Source of the DNA: Candidatus Taenariivivens baikalensis | GTDB taxonomy: Bacteria; Omnitrophota; Omnitrophia; Omnitrophales; Aquincolibacteriaceae | Assembly (NCBI GenBank): GCA_009691445.1 | Contig: SICL01000006.1 | Span: 2,486-66,485, forward strand | Reading direction: 5' to 3' | Length of the DNA stretch: 64,000 nucleotides | Shown here: positions 58,621-64,000 of the stretch, in pieces | Layout: each line of letters starts with the position of its first letter | Numbering within the stretch: position 1 is the stretch's first letter | The notes under the pieces: generated by a model | What the model was told of the DNA's origin: nothing | The model's database searches: none | Seen by the model: only the letters and a program-made list of their open reading frames with translations | Translations under genes and position numbers: made by a program

Positions 58621-59214
58621 ATGAAATCACGTCTAAGCCTATTGCTGGTAATCGGTTTGCTTTTCTCTCAGCCGGCCTGGGCTGCGGAATATAAACTGGG
58701 CAAGGAACACACGACGGTCGGATTCAAAATTCGTCACTTATTCTCCTGGGTTCAGGGAACGTTTAATGAGTTTGACGGTCAGTTTACCTATGATCCTGAC
58801 AAGCCGGAAACCTGGAAAGTAGATGCTGTGATTCAGGCGAAGAGCATTGATACGCACAATGAAAAACGCGATACGCATTTGAGTTCTGCGGATTTCTTTG
58901 ACGTTGAAAAATTTCCGACGCTGAGTTTTAAAAGTACGGGAGTCCACGATGCGACAAAATCAAATGCCAAACTGGACGGGATTTTAACGCTGCACGGAGT
59001 TGAAAAGCCTGTGACACTGGATCTGGAAATTCACGGAGCCGGTAAAGATCCGTGGGGAAATATGCTTTCGGGATTTACGGCAACCACGAAGATCAATCGC
59101 AAGGATTTCGGACTTTCCTGGAATCAGTCTGTGGAAACTGGACAGCTTTTGGTTGGAGAAGAAGTTTTGATCACGATTGAAGTCGAAGGAGTTTTGCTGG
59201 AAGAAACTAAGTAA
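58621..59214 (+). CDS. YceI-family periplasmic protein.
   Basis: Signal peptide plus LDGILTLHGVEKPVTLDLE and NRKDFGL YceI motifs. Confidence 0.8.
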   Translation: MKSRLSLLLVIGLLFSQPAWAAEYKLGKEHTTVGFKIRHLFSWVQGTFNEFDGQFTYDPDKPETWKVDAVIQAKSIDTHNEKRDTHLSSADFFDVEKFPTLSFKSTGVHDATKSNAKLDGILTLHGVEKPVTLDLEIHGAGKDPWGNMLSGFTATTKINRKDFGLSWNQSVETGQLLVGEEVLITIEVEGVLLEETK

Positions 59215-59254
59215 CCTGAAACTTAAAATTTTAAACGAGTAAAAGGAGAATCTA

Positions 59255-59554
59255 ATGTCGGAATCTCAAAAGACAAAGAAATATGCAATGCTGGCCGCTT
59301 CGATCGCCGGAATTATGGCGGTTTGCGGAACCGTCTCTTTAGCGTATGCGGATGATATGGCGATGGACAGCAAAGACGGAGTGTCCTGCTACGGGGTCAA
59401 TGCCTGCAAAGGTCAGGGCGCTTGCGGCGGCAAAGGTCACGGCTGCGCGGGTGAAAACAGCTGTAAAGGAAAAGGCTGGATCAAAGCGGAAAATAAAGAA
59501 GCTTGCCTGAAAATGGAAGGCGGAAGTTTGAAGCCAACGGCCATCACGGACTAA
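59255..59554 (+). CDS. DUF2282-family Cys-rich precursor peptide (bufferin BufA-like).
   Basis: Signal peptide, then VSCYGVNACKGQGACGGKGHGCAGENSCKG (the CYGV..C..G..C pattern of DUF2282). Immediately upstream of a DUF692 gene. Confidence 0.6.
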   Translation: MSESQKTKKYAMLAASIAGIMAVCGTVSLAYADDMAMDSKDGVSCYGVNACKGQGACGGKGHGCAGENSCKGKGWIKAENKEACLKMEGGSLKPTAITD

Positions 59555-59555
59555 T

Positions 59556-59672
59556 AACCAAACACCAAGAAACAAGATCCAAATAATTCCAAAATTTCAA
59601 TTTTCAATAGGAGTGGGAATTGGATATTGATTATTGGATTTTATTTGGAGCTTGTAACTTGTATCTTGGTTA
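59556..59672. repeat. Intergenic heptamer-array hairpin element, copy 4 of 4, between the precursor peptide gene and the DUF692 gene.
   Basis: aaccaaacaccaagaaacaagatccaaataattccaa ... ttggattttatttggagcttgtaacttgtatcttggtt. Confidence 0.6.
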
Positions 59673-59679
59673 TTAAATT

Positions 59680-61383
59680 ATGTCATTTCCTCTCCTCGGC
59701 TGCGGCATCGGTCTTCGCGCTCCTCACTATGCTGAAATTCTAGGGCCGGCCCGAAAATTGGACTGGTTCGAAGCCATCTCTGAAAATTATATGGATACCG
59801 GAGGGCGTCCCCTCCAGATCCTCGAAAAAATCCGCAAGAACTATCCGGTTGGACTTCACGGGGTTGCACTTTCCGTGGGTTCAACGGATCCGATCCATCT
59901 TCCTTATCTTGAAAAATTAAAAACCTTGATCGACCGCATTGATCCTGCGATTGTCTCCGATCACATTTGCTGGTCGGGCGTGGCCGGTGAACATTTACAC
60001 GACCTCTTGCCCCTTCCTTTCACGGAAGAATCCATCCGCCTGATCGTTGAAAAAACGGACCAGATTCAGAATTTTCTTGGACGTCAGATCCTGCTTGAAA
60101 ATGTTTCGACTTATGTCACGTTCAAACATTCCGAAATGCAGGAATGGGATTTTGTGCGGGAGATCGCAAGGCGGTCCGGCTGTGGACTTCTTCTGGATAT
60201 CAACAATGTTTATGTCAATGCTCGTAATCACGGCTTTGATGCCCAGGAATATCTCCGGAATATTCCCGGAGAGTTTGTGGGACAGATCCATCTTGCTGGG
60301 CACACGGACAAGGGTAAATTTCTTTTTGATACACACAGCTCTCCGGTGATCGATGAGGTTTGGGAACTTTACCGCCAGGCGCTGGAATTGTGGGGAAGCA
60401 AGACGACTCTGATTGAGTGGGATGAGGATATCCCTGAGCTTGAGCGCCTGATTGACGAGTGTGATAAAGCGAGAAAGATTTATCAAAGTGTTCGTGTTGA
60501 ACGTCATTGCGAGGAGTCCCTCAGGGACGACGCGGGAATCTCTGTCAGAAAAGGCGGGATTGCTTCGCTTGCGGCTCGCAATGACATCAAGGTAGAAACA
60601 TCTTTAAAAAACATCCAGCTCTGGATGCAATCTCAAATCAGGGACGGTTCTTCCCAACTTCTGGAAGCGCAACAAGTTACAGAAGAACCGTCCCTGAATC
60701 CCCAGGCCGGGGACCCGGGAGTAGAACGTCTTGACGTTTACCGCGAAGGTTATTTGGCCCGCACCGAAGAATCCCTCAAAGAAGTTTACGAAGCGGTTCG
60801 CCACGTGCTGGGCGACGGCGTGTTTCATGATCTTGCGCATCAGTACGCGCAAAGTTTTTCTTCTCCGGATTTTAATCTTAATCTGAAAGGCCGCAGTCTT
60901 CCGGATTTTTTAAAGCAAACCTCTTGGACTGAAAAGCTTCCATTTCTTCCGGATCTGGCCTGTCTCGAATGGAAAATTGCGGAAGCATTTCATGGTTTTG
61001 ACAAACCTGCTTTTGATCCTTCTTTCCTTTTTCAGTTAAATTCGGAAGATTGGAAAAATCTCCGGATTCTTTTTCAGCCGTCCGTATCGCTTCTGGAATC
61101 TTCCTGGCCCATCCTGGATCTCTGGCAGAGTCGAAAAACTCCTGTGGAGGAAATTAGAATGGATCTTGTGAACCGTCCTCAAAAAGTGTTAGTGGCCCGC
61201 CGCCCCAGCAAAGAAGTTTTTTGCCGTCTTCTTACTGAGCGGGAATTCCGGGTTTTGATTCTTCTGAAGCAGGGTAAATCCCTGGGTGAAATGTTTGAAT
61301 TTTTTGATGAAGAGGAAGCCGATCTTCCTCTGACGGATTGGTTTTCTGCCTGGACGCGGGAAGGCTTGATCGCTTCTTCTTAA
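59680..61383 (+). CDS. Fused DUF692 (MNIO/MbnB-like multinuclear iron oxidase, BufB-like) and DUF2063 (BufC/MbnC-like partner) protein.
   Basis: N-terminal half (LGCGIGLRAPHY...SDHICWSG...HLAGH...IEWDEDIP) matches the DUF692 TIM-barrel family. C-terminal half (LDVYREGYLART...DFNLNLKGRSLPDFL) matches DUF2063. 567 aa. Confidence 0.7.
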   Translation: MSFPLLGCGIGLRAPHYAEILGPARKLDWFEAISENYMDTGGRPLQILEKIRKNYPVGLHGVALSVGSTDPIHLPYLEKLKTLIDRIDPAIVSDHICWSGVAGEHLHDLLPLPFTEESIRLIVEKTDQIQNFLGRQILLENVSTYVTFKHSEMQEWDFVREIARRSGCGLLLDINNVYVNARNHGFDAQEYLRNIPGEFVGQIHLAGHTDKGKFLFDTHSSPVIDEVWELYRQALELWGSKTTLIEWDEDIPELERLIDECDKARKIYQSVRVERHCEESLRDDAGISVRKGGIASLAARNDIKVETSLKNIQLWMQSQIRDGSSQLLEAQQVTEEPSLNPQAGDPGVERLDVYREGYLARTEESLKEVYEAVRHVLGDGVFHDLAHQYAQSFSSPDFNLNLKGRSLPDFLKQTSWTEKLPFLPDLACLEWKIAEAFHGFDKPAFDPSFLFQLNSEDWKNLRILFQPSVSLLESSWPILDLWQSRKTPVEEIRMDLVNRPQKVLVARRPSKEVFCRLLTEREFRVLILLKQGKSLGEMFEFFDEEEADLPLTDWFSAWTREGLIASS

Positions 61384-61587
61384 GTCTCTTCCACTACTTA
61401 CTTCCTAAATCGTTTTACCTGCTCCTGATTTCTGCCTAGGTTTAGCTATCTAATGCTATAAATTGATAGTCAAAACAATACAAAGTTCTATGTTAGTTGA
61501 AATAGTATAAAGCTGAGGGTAACTTTTAATAGGACAGCTGTGCCTAGCCAATAAATAAGTACGCACGTAACCTGAGTTGGAGGAAGT

Positions 61588-64000
61588 TTGAACAGGCTTA
61601 AAACCTATTCAAAAGTGAATCGTCTGACAGCAGCATTCACGGCCGTCATTTTTTTGATCACAAGCTATCCATCGCCGCAGGCACAGGGGATGGAACCTTC
61701 CGCTTCCTTGCCTGCTCCCTCACTCCGAAATATCCTCGAAGACCTAAGCGCGATTCAGCTTCCCAAAGATTTTGGAAAAATTCAGGAAAGCTACCGCGGA
61801 AGCTCCGATAAAGTCGCGGTGCTTGTCCAGGACGCGCACTCCATTCCCGATGCGCAGAGAAACATTCAAAACATCATTGGCTTTTTCCAAAAGGAGTATG
61901 ACGTCTCCTTGGTCGGAGTCGAAGGAACCGCCGCCCAATTGGATCCTCAGATTTTCCACAGTTTCCCGGACCGGAAGAAACTTCGGGAAGTGTTTGAGGA
62001 ATATTACGAGCGCGGGGAATTGACAGGGGGAACCGCGGCTGCGATCTTTAGTCGACAGTCCACAGTCGACAGTCCACAGAAAGAGCACGAGGGTTTAAAC
62101 CGTGGACCGTGGACTATGGACCGTGGACTCGCCTTTGAAGGTCTCGAAGACTGGCCTCTTTACGAGCGCGGTGTTTCCGAATTTTTAAAAGCCCTTAAGG
62201 AGCAAAAAAAACTGAGTGAAGTGTTGGACGGGAAACGTGAAGCGCTCAAGAAAGAAAAGGAGAAATTCTACAGCAAGGAACTTCTGGAAATTGACACAGT
62301 CCTTAATCAGTTTCACAAGAATCAGGGGGATTTGGTTGAGACTGTTAAAGTTCTGGCAAAGTACAAGAAGCCGGAAGGGGAGTTGGGGCTCATTCTGAAG
62401 AAGACAGAAGGCAGTAAGCAGGAGGCAGGAAAGATCGAGTTTGAGGTGAAGAGAATTGCCAGGGAAGTGGAAAAAGCTCTCAAAACATTAAAGTTAGAAG
62501 GGGAAAAAGAAAATTCAAAAACTTCCAACCTCGAATTTCAAGCGAAGAAGCAGCTCTACCAAACCTCTCAATTATCCACCGACGACTATGGACTTTATCT
62601 CAGAGAGACCATCGAGAAGAACCACTTGCCCATCAAGTTATCTCTCCATCTTCACCGAGAAGCGGAAGAAGCCCAGAGACTGAGAGATTTAGAAGGCACC
62701 CGTCTCTTCAAGGATTTTGAACGTTACGGGCAATCGGTCAAAGCCAAGCTTTTCCGAAATGAAAAGGAGAGGATTCTGGATCAGGAAAATCATGAGATGG
62801 AGCTGCTCACTCGCTTTGCGAGTCTGGAGCTGAGCCAGGAGGATTGGGAGGAGGTTAAAAGGTTAAAAAGTGAAAAAGTTAAAAAGTTGGGAGACGAAAA
62901 CTTTTTGACCTTTAAACTTTTGAACTTTTCAACGCATTTTAACTTTTATGAAATCGCCGAACAGCGCGACACCAGCCTTTTTAAAAATACGCTCGCGCTA
63001 ATGAAATCCCATCAAGTCAAAAGCTCTTTAGTGATTGCCGGAGGATTTCACGCCGAAGGACTGACGCAAAAACTCAAGGCCAACGGCATTTCCTATGTGC
63101 TGGTGATGCCGGAAATTAAAACTATGCCGGAGCATTCTCTTTATTTGGAGCACATGAAGGGGAATGTGTCGTGGAAGAATTATTTTGAGGTGAAGGATGG
63201 GAAAGTAAATCTTTATGAGGCGTTTGTGAGAAGCAGCCGCGACCGACTGCTGAAGTTAGAAGCTAGAAGTGGGAAGTTGGAAGAACGAAATCAAAAAGCA
63301 TCTCCCTTCGAACTTCAAACTTTGAACTTCCAACTCGCGAAGCTGTGGAGAGACCAAATCATCCGTGACCTCGCTGCGAAGAATGAACTCACCAAAGCCC
63401 ACGATTACACAAGATTCATTGATGAACTTAGCAAAGAGCATAGCGCAGACCTGCCCGCCGAAGCGAAGCGGCAGGCGGGGAGCAAAGGGTCTGAAAACTC
63501 TATGCCCTATGCTCTTAGCTCACTGCTTCGTCAGCAGTGGCTCTCAAACATTCACCGCTTCATCGACGGCCTGAAAAATCTAAAATCCCGCGGTGAAATG
63601 GATATCCCGAACGTCACACAGCTTCTCAACTCTTTTTCCACCGCCGCGCCCGCTCTCGCCGGAGCACTTTCGAATCAATGGGTTGCTGGGTGGATTTTAG
63701 GTTTTGAAGAAAAACGTTCCGAAGTAAGAACGAACCCCTCCGAACCGGACGGCGCGCGGTCAGTGTCCAAGCTTCACTCTTCAACCTTCACTCCTAACTC
63801 ATCTTCCCGCTCCGAAGCGCGCTCGCAGAATGCTGAACCCAGTCAGGGGACGATCCCTGCCGGGGACAGACCCCGGGATCTCACGGAGATTAATGCGAGG
63901 TACGGAAGCAAAGGGTTGGATAAAATCCTGGCCGCCATCCGGAAGATCTATCTTTCAAATGGTTATTCCGATACTGAATTTAACCCGTATCTTGCCTTGA
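61588..64000 (+). CDS. Start of a second large secreted protein, truncated by the window edge and paralogous to the N-terminal Tiki/TraB-like region of the giant ORF. Putative TTG start at 61588; exact start is uncertain.
   Basis: Manual translation gives a signal-peptide-like N-terminus, VLVQDAHS...VGVEGTA and SLVIAGGFHAEG (matching IIHIQEAHGN...LLEGTA and VVVITGGFHSKP in the giant ORF). It has RSEVR and RSEAR motifs near 63715 and 63805. No stop is seen before the window end. Confidence 0.6.
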   Translation, partial: MNRLKTYSKVNRLTAAFTAVIFLITSYPSPQAQGMEPSASLPAPSLRNILEDLSAIQLPKDFGKIQESYRGSSDKVAVLVQDAHSIPDAQRNIQNIIGFFQKEYDVSLVGVEGTAAQLDPQIFHSFPDRKKLREVFEEYYERGELTGGTAAAIFSRQSTVDSPQKEHEGLNRGPWTMDRGLAFEGLEDWPLYERGVSEFLKALKEQKKLSEVLDGKREALKKEKEKFYSKELLEIDTVLNQFHKNQGDLVETVKVLAKYKKPEGELGLILKKTEGSKQEAGKIEFEVKRIAREVEKALKTLKLEGEKENSKTSNLEFQAKKQLYQTSQLSTDDYGLYLRETIEKNHLPIKLSLHLHREAEEAQRLRDLEGTRLFKDFERYGQSVKAKLFRNEKERILDQENHEMELLTRFASLELSQEDWEEVKRLKSEKVKKLGDENFLTFKLLNFSTHFNFYEIAEQRDTSLFKNTLALMKSHQVKSSLVIAGGFHAEGLTQKLKANGISYVLVMPEIKTMPEHSLYLEHMKGNVSWKNYFEVKDGKVNLYEAFVRSSRDRLLKLEARSGKLEERNQKASPFELQTLNFQLAKLWRDQIIRDLAAKNELTKAHDYTRFIDELSKEHSADLPAEAKRQAGSKGSENSMPYALSSLLRQQWLSNIHRFIDGLKNLKSRGEMDIPNVTQLLNSFSTAAPALAGALSNQWVAGWILGFEEKRSEVRTNPSEPDGARSVSKLHSSTFTPNSSSRSEARSQNAEPSQGTIPAGDRPRDLTEINARYGSKGLDKILAAIRKIYLSNGYSDTEFNPYLAL
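62050..62130. repeat. In-frame heptamer-array hairpin (AGTCSAC arrays inverted) inside the second large gene.
   Basis: agtcgacagtccacagtcgacagtccacag ... ccgtggaccgtggactatggaccgtggactc. Confidence 0.5.
62854..62935. repeat. In-frame heptamer-array hairpin-like element (AAAAGTT / AACTTTT) inside the second large gene.
   Basis: ggttaaaaagtgaaaaagttaaaaagttggg ... cctttaaacttttgaacttttcaacg. Arms are imperfectly complementary. Confidence 0.4.
63251..63340. repeat. In-frame heptamer-array hairpin-like element (GAAGTNN / NNACTTC) inside the second large gene.
   Basis: gaagttagaagctagaagtgggaagttggaagaacg ... cccttcgaacttcaaactttgaacttccaactcgcg. Confidence 0.45.

Overview
The 64-kb window looks like a moderate-GC bacterial chromosome, probably from an uncultivated lineage. 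The lineage guess rests only on the giant gene and repeat content. Ordinary core genes flank one very unusual 24.5-kb ORF.

Layout, left to right:
- Minus-strand efflux operon: marR, tolC-like outer membrane factor, then an AcrB-like RND pump that runs off the 5' edge of the window.
- rluA-family pseudouridine synthase, two small secreted or lipoproteins, an HI0933-family flavoprotein, a small secreted protein behind a consensus sigma70 promoter and long leader, and a pirin.
- A possible surface cluster: a PEGA-domain membrane protein and a GT2 (cellulose-synthase-like, QxxRW) glycosyltransferase. It leads into a single uninterrupted 8182-aa ORF (13875-38423).
- A convergent AAA+/DUF4143 ATPase, then a Cu/Ag-type efflux cluster: Cys-rich small protein, CusB-like adaptor with a CPMHP metal-binding head, CusA, and a YHS-domain protein.
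- ROK kinase, ppx/gppA, ppk1, a metallophosphoesterase, an MFS transporter, a C26 glutamine-amidotransferase-like hydrolase next to an amidoligase-like protein, mgtE, terC, two YceI-like proteins and glpX.
- A bufferin-like RiPP cluster (DUF2282 precursor plus a fused DUF692-DUF2063 protein).
- At the 3' edge, the start of a second large gene whose N-terminus is paralogous to the giant ORF.

The giant ORF has a signal-peptide-like N-terminus and a Tiki/TraB/GumN-like split-motif domain. Further in are an intact-looking DapA/NAL-type class I aldolase domain, a Gfo/Idh/MocA oxidoreductase domain and a ROK-like domain. It also contains a ~1-kb internal tandem duplication. Four near-identical ~115-bp modules with dyad symmetry are inserted in frame.

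A pentapeptide R-S-E-[V/L/M/I/A]-R occurs at least 28 times in the giant ORF. It is encoded with varying synonymous codons and mostly sits at module boundaries. That pattern suggests a polyprotein processing or linker signal, not a DNA repeat.

A second repeat family has imperfect inverted arrays of 7-nt tandem repeats around an AT-rich spacer. Its members occur in intergenic regions and in frame inside both large genes, at comparable positions in the two paralogs.

No rRNA, tRNA or CRISPR arrays were recognised.
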